64,000 nucleotides of DNA from Bacillota bacterium (GTDB lineage: Bacteria; Bacillota; Sulfobacillia; JACIYH01): assembly GCA_040757085.1 (NCBI GenBank), contig JBFLXJ010000023.1, positions 64,457 through 128,456 of the forward strand. The letters are read 5' to 3'. Under the pieces are notes generated by a model. It made no database searches. It was not told where the DNA came from and saw only the letters and a program-made list of their open reading frames with translations. This document shows, one piece after another, positions 1-9,317 of the stretch. Every line of letters starts with the position of its first letter. Positions within the stretch are counted from its first letter, which is position 1. The translations under genes and the position numbers were made by a program.

Positions 1-1609
1 GCTGGCGCGTTTCGTCAGCACATACAACCAGGAAGTGGAAAAGGCGCGCCAGGGTAGCGAGGCTTTCGCCAGGATAGTCCTGTGGGTTACCGTCCTGGCG
101 ACGCTCGGTGGTGCGCTACTTTCCACCCTGGGCTTCTATTCCCTCATCCTGCGCCCCATGAGACGGTTGTCCCGGCACGCCCGGCAACTGGCGGCGGGAG
201 ACCTGCGCCAGGATGTGCCGGCGGCGGGAGGAGGCGAAGTCCTCAGCCTGAGCCGATCCCTGGGCATGATGGCCCGCAACCTGCGTCAGGTTCTGCTGGA
301 AGCGGCGGAGAAGGCCGACCACACTGCCCGAACCGCTTCCCAATTGAAGACCGGGGCGGAGAACGCGGCCACCGGTACAGCGCAGATCGCCCGCGGCATC
401 CAGGAGGTGGCGCGGGGGGCCTCCGAGCAGACCCGCCACGCCTCGGAGACCGCGTCCGCCGTTGCCCAGCTAAAGGCGGCCATCGCGCAGGTGGCTGCCG
501 GTGCCCAGGAGCAGGCCCGCAACGTGGAGACGGTGAGTTCGCTCATGAGCGACATGGTGCGGCTCATGAACGAGGTGGGCGAGGCGGCACGGGCCGTGCA
601 GAACTCCTCGACCGCGGCGTCGGGGTCGGTGGAAAGGGGATATGCCGCCGTCCACCGCATGGTCCAGGCGATGGAGCGGATCAGGGCCACCGGTGCCACC
701 CTTGCCGCCAAGATGGACGAACTGGGGGGACACTCCGAGCGGATAGGCGAAATCGTGGAAGTCATCGACGAGATCGCTGACCAGACCAACCTGCTGGCGT
801 TGAACGCGGCCATCGAGGCGGCGCGCGCGGGCGAGCACGGGCGGGGCTTCGCCGTGGTGGCGGACGAGGTGCGCAGGCTGGCCGAGCGCTCATCCCGCGC
901 CACCAAGGAAATAGCGGGCCTGATCGCGTCGGTGCAGAAGGAGACCCGCGGCACCGCTGCCAGCATGGAGTCGGCCATGAAGGAAGTGGAGCAGGGGATG
1001 GAGGTGGCGCAGGGCGCCCGCAGTGCCCTGGAGGAAATCCGCCGCCTGGTGGCCGATTCCGACGAGCAGGCGGAGGGCGTGGCTCAGGCGACAGAGCGGA
1101 TGCTCGCTCACTCGCAGCAGGTGGCGCAGGCGATCGACGCTCTGGCGACGGCCACGGAAGAGAACGCTGCCGCCACCGAGCACATGGCCGAGGGGAGCGA
1201 ACGGGTCAGCCAGGCCGCAGCCGGCATCGCGGCCATATCGGAGCAGAACGCGGCCGCTGCAGAAGAAGTATCTGCTGCGGTGGAGGAAATCAACGCGGTG
1301 GTGGAAGAGGTGGCGGGCTGGGCCCGCACCCTGGCGGAGATCGCCGAGGACCACCGCCGGGTGGCGAGCCGCTTCCGGCTGACGGAGGCTGGCTCCGGAC
1401 CTCAAACGCGTGCCGCGATGCCTGCTGCAGACCGTCCTGACGGGGGAGGGAGATGGGTGGGTCGGGTGCTGCAGGGCATCCGCCGCGTGGCAGGACGAGG
1501 CCGCGACGTCGAAGGCACCCTCCCGACGGGCGAGGCGAGCGGAGCCGCGATGCGGCCGCTTGAGGAAGGCGGTGCATTGCGGGCGGGCGAGGGTGGTGGA
1601 GGGGCATGA
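1..1609 (+). CDS. methyl-accepting chemotaxis protein (5'-partial; reading frame open to window edge)
   Basis: Frame of ORF 35..1609 has no stop back to position 2. TM helix ([26 protein letters not shown]), HAMP-like linker, and canonical MCP signalling core [35 protein letters not shown]. Confidence 0.9.
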   Translation, partial: LARFVSTYNQEVEKARQGSEAFARIVLWVTVLATLGGALLSTLGFYSLILRPMRRLSRHARQLAAGDLRQDVPAAGGGEVLSLSRSLGMMARNLRQVLLEAAEKADHTARTASQLKTGAENAATGTAQIARGIQEVARGASEQTRHASETASAVAQLKAAIAQVAAGAQEQARNVETVSSLMSDMVRLMNEVGEAARAVQNSSTAASGSVERGYAAVHRMVQAMERIRATGATLAAKMDELGGHSERIGEIVEVIDEIADQTNLLALNAAIEAARAGEHGRGFAVVADEVRRLAERSSRATKEIAGLIASVQKETRGTAASMESAMKEVEQGMEVAQGARSALEEIRRLVADSDEQAEGVAQATERMLAHSQQVAQAIDALATATEENAAATEHMAEGSERVSQAAAGIAAISEQNAAAAEEVSAAVEEINAVVEEVAGWARTLAEIAEDHRRVASRFRLTEAGSGPQTRAAMPAADRPDGGGRWVGRVLQGIRRVAGRGRDVEGTLPTGEASGAAMRPLEEGGALRAGEGGGGA

Positions 1610-2067
1610 CTGCCGAGCAGGGCGTGGTGGTGTTCCAGTTGGGGGATGAAGAGTACGCCATCACCGTCGAGCGAGTGCGTGAGGTGGTGAAAGCCGACCG
1701 CATTACCCGGGTGCCGGGCGCGCCTGCCTACGTGCGGGGGATCATCAACCTGCGCGGGCGGGTGGTACCCGTGATCGACCTGCGGCAGCGGCTCGGCCTG
1801 GACGCGCGCCCGGTGGAGCGCCCGCGCATCATGGTGGTCGAGGATGGTGCCGCCCTGGTGGGGATGCTGGTGGATCGGGCATCCGAGGTGCTTCGCGTCC
1901 GGCCCGGCCAGCTGCAGCCGCCCGACGAGGTGCTCCAGGGGGACGAAAACAGCCGTTTCGTGGAGGCAGTGGCCAATCTGGACGGCCGCCTCGTGGTAGT
2001 CCTGCGGCCTGGCGAGCTTCTGGCCCGCGAGGATCGTCAGGCGGTGGCGGACATCGTGGCATCCTGA
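1606..2067 (+). CDS. cheW: chemotaxis coupling protein CheW
   Basis: 153 aa. [19 protein letters not shown]...[30 protein letters not shown] is a typical CheW domain. 4-nt overlap with the mcp stop. Confidence 0.9.
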   Translation: MTAEQGVVVFQLGDEEYAITVERVREVVKADRITRVPGAPAYVRGIINLRGRVVPVIDLRQRLGLDARPVERPRIMVVEDGAALVGMLVDRASEVLRVRPGQLQPPDEVLQGDENSRFVEAVANLDGRLVVVLRPGELLAREDRQAVADIVAS

Positions 2068-2100
2068 CCCCGGCAGCGTGAGCGATGGCGAGGAGGACCT

Positions 2101-4185
2101 ATGAGCGACACTTTTCCCTTTACTGCAGAGGACCTGGCGGTTTTCCTGGCCGAGGGGGAGGAGCTGGCCGCGGCCCTCGAGTCCAGCCTGCTGGCCATGG
2201 AGGCTGCCTCACGCCAGGGGCAGGCGCCTGATCCCGAAGTGGTGGCGGGAGCGTTCCGGGCTGCCCACACCCTGAAGGGATCGTCGGCGGCAGTGGGCCT
2301 GCGTGCCATGTCCGCGCTGACCCACGCCATGGAGAGCGTCCTGGATGGCGTCCGCCGCGGAAATCCGCCGGTCACCGGCCAGGTGGAGGTGCTCTTGCGG
2401 GCTCTCGACCACATCCGCGGCCACCTGGCCAGGGTTGCGGACGCCATCAGCCGCGGGGGCCCGGAGGTCCTGGCCAACCTGGGAGAGCAGGAAGATCCCC
2501 GGGCGGAGGAACTGGTCAGGTTGCTCGCCGGCAGCGCAGCGGCGGGCGACGGCGCGGGGGCCGGCGCCGGTTCTGGCGATACCGGGGCCGGCGTGTGCCC
2601 GGAGACGGCCCGGGGTGCCGGCGGGCAGGTACTGGAAGTGGAGGTCAGGTTCCACGCGCAGTGCCTGATGCCGGCCGTGCGCGCCTACCAGGTGGTAATG
2701 GCCATGCAGGACGTGGGGGAGATCCTGGCATCCGATCCTTCGCTGGAGGACATCGAGGCCGAGCGGGTGGGGAAGGTGCTGTGCCTCCTCCTGGAGACGG
2801 TGCTCACCCCCGATCAGATCAGGGAACGGATCGCACGGATTTCGGAGATCGCCGACGTGATTGTCTCGCAACGGGGGGGTACCGCCCCTGGCGGGAACGA
2901 AGGCGCCGGGGCCGCTCGAGGCGGTGGAGCCGCAGCCGTGGGGGCCGCCAGAAACGGCCTGCCCGGGCGGCCGGGCGGGCCGGGGCGTACGGACGGGATG
3001 CCGGTATCGGTGACGGGACTGGCGCGGAGCGTGCGGGTGGATGTGCGTGTGCTGGACGAACTGATGAACCTGGCTGGTGAACTGATCATCCAGCGCACGC
3101 GGTTGGGGCGACTGCTGTCAGATGCCCAACTGCAGGACGAGGACCTGGGCAGGGCGGTGGAAGACATCGGGCGGGTAGCCACCCAGCTGCAGGAACAGGT
3201 CATGAAAGCCCGCATGCTGCCGTTGGAGAATCTATTCCGCCGGTTCCCCCGCATGGTGAGGGACCTGGCGGCCGCGGCAGGCAAAGAAGTGGAGCTTGTG
3301 GTGCGGGGCGAAGACACGGAGCTGGACCGGGCCGTGATGGAGGAGATCGGGGACCCGCTGGTCCACCTCCTGCGCAATGCCGTGGATCACGGGCTGGAGT
3401 CGCCTGCGGAAAGAGAGGCGGCGGGTAAGCCGCGCACCGGGACGATCGTGCTTGCGGCGCAGCACGAGGAAAACTATGTCCTCATTTGCGTGCGGGATGA
3501 CGGGCGGGGGATCGACATCGAGCGGGTGCGCCAGAGGGCGATCTCGGCCGGCCTGGTGGGGGCGGAGGAGGCGCGCGACCTGGACCGGGATCAAGTCATT
3601 AACTTCATATTCGCGCCTGGCTTCAGCACCGCCGATCGGGTAACCGAGGTGTCGGGGCGGGGCGTGGGGCTGGATGTGGTGCGGCGGAACGTGCAGCGGG
3701 TGGGTGGCACCCTGCAGGTGGAGAACCGCCCCGGCCAGGGAGTGGAATTTCAGATGCGCCTGCCCCTCACCCTGGCCATCATCCGCTGCCTGCTCTGCCA
3801 GTGGGGGGATGAAATCTACGCCGTGCCGCTCGGGCACGTGGAGGAAGTCCTTAAGATCGACCCCGACAGGCTTCCCACCGTCTATCAGAAGAAGGTCGTG
3901 CTGGTACGGGGCAACGCCCTACCGTTCCTGCCCCTGGGCAGTGCCCTCGGGCTGGAGCCGGCCGCCGCGGAATTCGCCCTCGTGGTGCGGGCAGGCGGCC
4001 AGCAGGCTGCGCTGGGGGTGACGACCCTGCTGGGGGATCAGGAGGTGGTGGTCAAGGACATGGGGGCCTGGCTCGGCAACGTGCGGGGCATGGCCGGCGC
4101 CACCATCCTGGGGGACGGGCGGGTGGCCCTCATCCTGGACGTCGCCACCCTGTTGCGCAGCCGCACGTGGGCCCCTGCTGCCTGA
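2101..4185 (+). CDS. cheA: chemotaxis histidine kinase CheA
   Basis: HPt motif AAHTLKGSSAAVGL, dimerisation and HATPase motifs (DPLVHLLRNAVDHGLE; GRGVGLDVV), C-terminal CheW-like domain. Carries a Gly/Ala-rich low-complexity insert. Confidence 0.92.
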   Translation: MSDTFPFTAEDLAVFLAEGEELAAALESSLLAMEAASRQGQAPDPEVVAGAFRAAHTLKGSSAAVGLRAMSALTHAMESVLDGVRRGNPPVTGQVEVLLRALDHIRGHLARVADAISRGGPEVLANLGEQEDPRAEELVRLLAGSAAAGDGAGAGAGSGDTGAGVCPETARGAGGQVLEVEVRFHAQCLMPAVRAYQVVMAMQDVGEILASDPSLEDIEAERVGKVLCLLLETVLTPDQIRERIARISEIADVIVSQRGGTAPGGNEGAGAARGGGAAAVGAARNGLPGRPGGPGRTDGMPVSVTGLARSVRVDVRVLDELMNLAGELIIQRTRLGRLLSDAQLQDEDLGRAVEDIGRVATQLQEQVMKARMLPLENLFRRFPRMVRDLAAAAGKEVELVVRGEDTELDRAVMEEIGDPLVHLLRNAVDHGLESPAEREAAGKPRTGTIVLAAQHEENYVLICVRDDGRGIDIERVRQRAISAGLVGAEEARDLDRDQVINFIFAPGFSTADRVTEVSGRGVGLDVVRRNVQRVGGTLQVENRPGQGVEFQMRLPLTLAIIRCLLCQWGDEIYAVPLGHVEEVLKIDPDRLPTVYQKKVVLVRGNALPFLPLGSALGLEPAAAEFALVVRAGGQQAALGVTTLLGDQEVVVKDMGAWLGNVRGMAGATILGDGRVALILDVATLLRSRTWAPAA

Positions 4186-4312
4186 GCCCGCAGCCGGGCA
4201 TGTGCCGCCTTAACTCGCCGCGGGCAGGCCCCCCGGCTCAGGCGGCATGAGCGCGAGCGCGTGACCCGCGGCAGCTTGAACGATACATATCTGGGGGCGG
4301 GGTGGTAAAGAA

Positions 4313-4669
4313 GTGGCAAAGATCCTGGTGGTCGACGATGCCGCTTTCATGCGCATGAGGCTTTCTAGCCTGCTCAAGCAGGCGGGGCACCAGGTGGTGG
4401 AAGCCACCAATGGGTTCGAGGCCGTGGAGGTGTACGAGGCGGAGAAACCCGACCTGGTTTTCATGGACATCACCATGCCGGAGATGGACGGCCTGGAAGC
4501 CCTGAAGCGGTTGCGGACGCTGGATCCGGAGGCCCGGGTGGTGATGTGCACCGCGCTCGGGCAGCAGTCCATGGTGATCGAGTCCATCAAGGCGGGGGCA
4601 CGGGACTTCATCGTCAAGCCCTTCCAGCCCGACCGGGTCCTGCAGGCGGTGCAGAAATGGGCATGCTAG
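4313..4669 (+). CDS. cheY: chemotaxis response regulator CheY (single REC domain)
   Basis: GTG start with upstream GGGGCGGGGTGG. KILVVDDAAFMR...DLVFMDITMPEMDGLEAL...ARDFIVKPF are receiver-domain signatures. Confidence 0.9.
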   Translation: MAKILVVDDAAFMRMRLSSLLKQAGHQVVEATNGFEAVEVYEAEKPDLVFMDITMPEMDGLEALKRLRTLDPEARVVMCTALGQQSMVIESIKAGARDFIVKPFQPDRVLQAVQKWAC

Positions 4670-5886
4670 GAGATCCCACGCCAGACCGGGCAGCTGGTCC
4701 CGGTCAGGGACCCGGGGGGCCCGTGCGGGTCCTGGTGGTGGACGATTCCCTTTTCATGCGCAAGGTGATCACCAGCCTGCTCGAGGAGGATCCCTCCATC
4801 AGGGTGGTGGGGCAGGCCCGGGATGGCCTGGAGGGGCTGGCGCGGGTGGCGGAGCTTGACCCCGACGTGGTTACCCTGGACGTGGAGATGCCCCGCCTGG
4901 ACGGGCTGGGGATGCTGGAGCGCCTCATGCGCAGCGATCCCCGCCCCGTGGTGATGGTGTCCGGGGTGACCCGCGAAAACGCAGAAGCCACCGTGGCCAG
5001 CCTGCGGCTGGGCGCGGTGGACTTCCTTACCAAACCTTCAGGTAGCGTTTCCCCCGACCTTCCCCGCCTGCGCAAGGAGCTGCAGGCCAAGGTGAAGGCG
5101 GCGGCAAGTTTGGGCAAAGGGGGGGTCCGCCGGGTTATGGGATACAGCCCGCCCCCGCCCCCGGCAGAGTCCCCCCCTGGCCCCCCTTTACTAGAATCCG
5201 GCCAGTCGCTCCCCGCTGGCGGCACCGCCCGGACGGTCGCTGCCGAGGCCCCGCCCTGCGACCACGAGCCTCGGCCCCCGCAGCGTGAGCCGCGGCCGGC
5301 GCAGCGCCTGGTAGTGGTGGGCGCCTCCACAGGAGGACCGTCTGCCCTGCACTTCCTGGTGGCCCGGCTGGCCGACCGCGTGAGCCGTCTGGCACCCGTG
5401 GCCATGCTTATTGTACAACATATCCCGCCCGGATTCAGCACCGCCATGGCACGCAGCCTTTCGCAAACGGCCCGCGGGGGGTTCCGGGTGGAAGAGGCCT
5501 CGGCACGAGCCCTGCGGGCGGGAGATGTCTTCCTCGCCCCGGGCGGCTACCACCTGCGGGTGATAGAGGGTCCGGCGGTGGAACTGAGCCTGGATCCTCC
5601 TGTGGCCGGTGTCCGCCCCGCCGTCGACGTCACCCTGTTGAGCGCGGTGCAAGTGTTCCCGCGGCGGCTGCTGGCCCTGATCCTGACCGGTATGGGCACG
5701 GACGGACTGCGGGGCGCGAGGGCGGTGCGGGAGGCCGGTGGTCGGGTGATCGCCCAGGACCGGGAGACATCGGTGGTGTACGGGATGCCCCGGGCGGTGG
5801 CCGAGGCAGGGCAGGCCGACGAGGTGCTTCCCCTGGAACGGATTCCGGAGGCGGTGGCGGCATGGTGGAACGGCCAGATCGCGTGA
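4657..5886 (+). CDS. cheB: protein-glutamate methylesterase CheB (REC + methylesterase) with long Pro-rich linker
   Basis: ATG at 4657 overlaps the cheY stop. REC (VRVLVVDDSLFMRK), Pro-rich linker (GYSPPPPPAESPPGPP...), CheB_methylest motifs (VVVGASTGGPSAL; GMGTDGLRG). The track ORF start at 4546 is probably upstream of the true start. Confidence 0.85.
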   Translation: MGMLGDPTPDRAAGPGQGPGGPVRVLVVDDSLFMRKVITSLLEEDPSIRVVGQARDGLEGLARVAELDPDVVTLDVEMPRLDGLGMLERLMRSDPRPVVMVSGVTRENAEATVASLRLGAVDFLTKPSGSVSPDLPRLRKELQAKVKAAASLGKGGVRRVMGYSPPPPPAESPPGPPLLESGQSLPAGGTARTVAAEAPPCDHEPRPPQREPRPAQRLVVVGASTGGPSALHFLVARLADRVSRLAPVAMLIVQHIPPGFSTAMARSLSQTARGGFRVEEASARALRAGDVFLAPGGYHLRVIEGPAVELSLDPPVAGVRPAVDVTLLSAVQVFPRRLLALILTGMGTDGLRGARAVREAGGRVIAQDRETSVVYGMPRAVAEAGQADEVLPLERIPEAVAAWWNGQIA

Positions 5887-6713
5887 CCGGCGGGCCCGCC
5901 GGCGTGCAACGGGGCGGCGAAGGCGGAGCCGGCGCTGGGGATTTTGGCGCGTTCTGTGAGGAGATCCGCCGGCTTACGGGGCTTGACCTCTGCCAGTACC
6001 GGCCCCACCAGATAGAGAGGCGCCTGGGAGGACTCCTGGCCCGGTACCAGGTGGCCGACTGGGCAGCGTACCTGGAGATGCTGCGGCAGGACCCGGCCCG
6101 CCGAGAGGAATTCGTGGAGTGGGTAACCATCGGGGTATCCGAGTTCTTCCGCAATGAGGACCGGTTTCGGGAGCTGCGGGACGTGCACCTGCCCGCCCTC
6201 ATCCGGGCCGCGGGCTCCGGCGGTCTGCGGGCCTGGAGCGCCGGGTGCGCCGACGGCCCCGAGCCCTATTCCGTCGCCATCCTGCTCGAGCAACTGGATC
6301 CCGCCGGCCACCACCGCGTGCTGGCCACCGACATAGATCGTCAGGGACTGCGTGCCGCCGAGGCGGGGATCTACGGGGAAGAGGCGATGCGCCAGGTGGA
6401 CGCGGTCACGCGCGACAGGTTCTTCCGCCCGGAGGGTGACAGGTGGAAGGTCGTGCCCGCAGTGAGCAGCCGGGTGACCTTCCGCTACCACGACCTCCTG
6501 TCCGTGGTGTATCCCCAGGGCTTCCACCTGGTGCTCTGCCGGAACGTCCTCATCTACTTCGAGGACGGCAGCAAGCACGCCATCCTGGGGCGGCTGGCGC
6601 AGTCCCTCCTCCCCCAGGGCGTGCTCTTTCTGGGGGCTACCGAGATGGTGCGCGACCCGCACTCGCTGGGACTGCGTTACCTTTCCCCTTGCTTTTACCG
6701 GAAGGAGGGATGA
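5862..6713 (+). CDS. cheR: chemotaxis protein methyltransferase CheR
   Basis: FFRNEDRFRELRDVHLPALI...LRAWSAGCADGPEPYSVAILL...LATDID is the CheR SAM-MTase signature. Overlaps the cheB 3' end. Exact start uncertain. Confidence 0.85.
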   Translation: MVERPDRVTGGPAGVQRGGEGGAGAGDFGAFCEEIRRLTGLDLCQYRPHQIERRLGGLLARYQVADWAAYLEMLRQDPARREEFVEWVTIGVSEFFRNEDRFRELRDVHLPALIRAAGSGGLRAWSAGCADGPEPYSVAILLEQLDPAGHHRVLATDIDRQGLRAAEAGIYGEEAMRQVDAVTRDRFFRPEGDRWKVVPAVSSRVTFRYHDLLSVVYPQGFHLVLCRNVLIYFEDGSKHAILGRLAQSLLPQGVLFLGATEMVRDPHSLGLRYLSPCFYRKEG

Positions 6714-6714
6714 C

Positions 6715-7854
6715 ATGCGGCGCGTCACTGTTTCCGCCCTTCAACCGGGGATGCGCCTGGGAATGCCTGTGTACGGTTCCCGGGGCCTTCTGCTCAGGGA
6801 GGGGGTGGACCTCACCCCTGCCCACATCGAGCGCCTGCGCCAGGCCCGGGTGGAGGCGGTGTACGTCGACGATCCCCTGTTTACCGATATCCAGATGCCG
6901 CCCGACATCTCCTGGGAGGTGAAGGGTTCCCTTCTTTCGGCGTGCTCGGCCCTGTGGGATTACTTCCGCACTCTCGCTCCCCCACTTCCCCCGGCGTCCG
7001 ACCCGGGTGCGCATCCTGCGGCTACCTCCGGGGCCAGCGCCATCCCGGTTTTGGCGGAGCAGGTGCGCTGGCCCGTCCCCTACGAGCGGCTCATGGAGAT
7101 TGCGTCTGACCTCGAGGACCAGCTCCGCAGGGTGTCGGCCTGGGCCGTCCAGATGGTCGCAGGCGGGGAGGACGACGGACCAATCGCCCATGCCGTGAAC
7201 ACTGCTCTGGTGGCGGCGTCCCTGGCCCGCCAGGCGGGGCTGGGCGGATACGTACGCGAGCTGGCCCTGGCGGGGCTGCTGCATGACATGGGGCTGGCCG
7301 TGCTCCCGCCCCACCTGCACCTGGAGCCAGATGAGGTGGATGCTCGCGATTTGCCCCTGCTGCACGCCCATCCCCTGCTGGGGGTGAAGCTGCTGCGCAG
7401 TCAGCCCGCCAGTGCGTACGTGCAGGCGGCACTGGCCCAGCACCACGAGCGCTTTGATGGCTCGGGATATCCCCAGCGGCTGGGCGGGTCCCGGCTGGCC
7501 CTTCACTCACAGCTGGTGGCCGTGGCAGATGCCTTCACCCGGCTTGCGCAAAGGGGACTGGGCCGCAGCGAGGCGTGGGAGTACGTGGTGAGCGGGGCCG
7601 GCACCGAGTTTGACCACCGGCTGGTGCAGGCATTCTCGCAGACCATCCCCCCTTACCCGCTCGGTGCTACCGTGCGCCTGAGCACCGGCGAGGAAGGGGT
7701 GGTGGTGGGCCTGGAGGCCAGCCTGCTCACCCGTCCTCGAGTGAGGCTGCTGAGGGACGCCGTCGGCAGGCCCCTGGACCAGCCGGTCACGTACGACCTG
7801 GCCGAGACGGCCCACCGCAACCGCGTCATCGTGGGCGAGGTGCAGGGGGCCTAG
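6715..7854 (+). CDS. HD-GYP domain c-di-GMP phosphodiesterase with N-terminal DUF3391-like domain
   Basis: LLHDMGLAV...HHERFDGSGYPQRL are HD and GYP motifs. N-terminal region (LQPGMRLGMPVYGSRGLLLREGVDLTPAHIERLRQARVEAVYVD) resembles the DUF3391 domain that usually precedes HD-GYP. Starts 2 nt after the cheR stop. Confidence 0.8.
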   Translation: MRRVTVSALQPGMRLGMPVYGSRGLLLREGVDLTPAHIERLRQARVEAVYVDDPLFTDIQMPPDISWEVKGSLLSACSALWDYFRTLAPPLPPASDPGAHPAATSGASAIPVLAEQVRWPVPYERLMEIASDLEDQLRRVSAWAVQMVAGGEDDGPIAHAVNTALVAASLARQAGLGGYVRELALAGLLHDMGLAVLPPHLHLEPDEVDARDLPLLHAHPLLGVKLLRSQPASAYVQAALAQHHERFDGSGYPQRLGGSRLALHSQLVAVADAFTRLAQRGLGRSEAWEYVVSGAGTEFDHRLVQAFSQTIPPYPLGATVRLSTGEEGVVVGLEASLLTRPRVRLLRDAVGRPLDQPVTYDLAETAHRNRVIVGEVQGA

Positions 7855-8013
7855 TCGCCCGGGACTCTGGCACGACAGGGCAGGGTGGCCTGCGGGGGGC
7901 AGGAGGGAGCGGGCGGGCGCCGGACACGACGGAGCCGCAGCCTCGTGACACGCGGCATCGCCAGGTAGAGCCCAAGAGACAGCGGCGATCGTGACGAACG
8001 GGAGGGAGCGGGC

Positions 8014-8496
8014 ATGAACGTGGAATTCCTCAATCCGTTCCTGGTGGCGATTCGGGACGTGCTTCGGAGCGAACTGGGCGAGGCACCCCAGCTCGGTACC
8101 CTCGCTGCGGAGGAATCCTCTTTCACATCGGACGACGTGACCGTGCTCGTCGGTGTGACGGGCATGGTGGAAGGGCTCGTGTTCTACGGGATGTCCGAGA
8201 GCACGGCCTGCCGGCTCGCGGGCGCCATGATGGGAGCGACGGTGCCCATGCTCGATGGCATGGCCGAGAGCGCCATCGCCGAACTGGGCAACATGATCGC
8301 CGGGCGGGCCAGCGCCGGGCTGGAGGAAGCGGGTTTCAGCTGCCGCCTGGCACCCCCCTCGGTGGTCCACGGGCGAGGCGCCATCATCAGCACGGTCCAG
8401 ATCCGCCGCCTGGTGGTGCCGGTGACCACCTCCAAGGGGGAAGTCCGCGTCCACCTCGCCCTCCGGCCGCATTCGCCGCAGGAGGGGCCGCGATAG
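8014..8496 (+). CDS. cheX: chemotaxis phosphatase CheX/CheC family
   Basis: 160 aa. N-terminal NPFL, and AIAELGNMIAG fits the CheC-like E..N phosphatase motif. Size typical of CheX. Confidence 0.7.
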   Translation: MNVEFLNPFLVAIRDVLRSELGEAPQLGTLAAEESSFTSDDVTVLVGVTGMVEGLVFYGMSESTACRLAGAMMGATVPMLDGMAESAIAELGNMIAGRASAGLEEAGFSCRLAPPSVVHGRGAIISTVQIRRLVVPVTTSKGEVRVHLALRPHSPQEGPR

Positions 8497-8744
8497 GGCG
8501 GTTGTAAGCGGCCCTGGCCCATGGGTTGCCAGTGTTACCACAGCCCCGGGCATGAGACTGCCGGCCGGGTCGGGAACGCCGCCGCAAGTACACCCATTTT
8601 CTAGACAGGGTAGTTGTTCCAGGCCCTGTGCGGGCTCGACGCTGGCCTCACGACTGACCGGACCAACGGGCCAGGGGGCGGCTGCCGGAGGTTGCCAGGA
8701 TCGGGGTGGCCTGGTATAGTGCTCTTCGGGAGGTCAGATAACGG

Positions 8745-9011
8745 GTGAACCGGGCGAGGGACTGGCTGGATCAGGCCAGGCAAGACCTGGAGCATGCCAG
8801 GAAGAGCAGAGATATGGGCGATTATGCCTGGGCCTGCTTCGCTGCTCAGCAGGCTGCGGAGAAGGCGGTCAAGGCCGTACGCCTGGGACACGGCCAGGTG
8901 GCCTGGGGCCACTCAGCGTCCCAACTGCTCGAGGTGTTGCCCGAAGACATGGAGGTTCCGACGGAGGTGCTGGAGGCCGCCCGAGGTCTTGCGGGCTATA
9001 GAGCATGGTGA
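8745..9011 (+). CDS. HEPN-domain protein (orphan; possibly C-terminally truncated)
   Basis: GTG start. DWLDQARQDLEHARKSRDMGDYAWACFAAQQAAEKAVKA matches the N-terminal helices of HEPN (COG2250-type) toxins. Only 88 aa and lacks a recognisable C-terminal R-x4-6-H motif. No MNT partner in any frame of the flanks. Confidence 0.5.
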   Translation: MNRARDWLDQARQDLEHARKSRDMGDYAWACFAAQQAAEKAVKAVRLGHGQVAWGHSASQLLEVLPEDMEVPTEVLEAARGLAGYRAW

Positions 9012-9317
9012 GCCTCCTCCTGTTTCCCTCTAATTCCCTGGACAGGCTGCCGGGAACAAAATGACCAGGGTTTGCGTCACAAAGGGAAGGAACGGTGATC
9101 ACTCCAGGTAGAGGTCAAGCTACCAGATAGCAACTCCCTGGCAGGAAGATTGCGGGTGGATAGCGAATAGCTTCCTCCAGCACATTTTCCGGGGGAGGGA
9201 TGGCCTCGCCCGGAGTAAGCGTTGGAGAACGAGGGGGTGGGATTCACACGGTGCGAGGACAATCCATTCAAAGGGCCAGAGGACTCTCAGAATGTCGTGT
9301 AAAGGAGGTTAGATGAC

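Noticed and set aside
82-780. Alternative-frame ORFs overlapping the MCP gene (82-780 +, 116-439 -, 286-978 -)
   Set aside because: They are shadow ORFs inside a gene with unmistakable MCP motifs. Their compositions are Gly/Arg/Pro-biased
8497-9317. HEPN-MNT toxin-antitoxin pair
   Set aside because: The three forward frames of the upstream flank (8497-8744) contain no nucleotidyltransferase GS...DxD motif. Only the HEPN half is present, so it is reported as an orphan remnant
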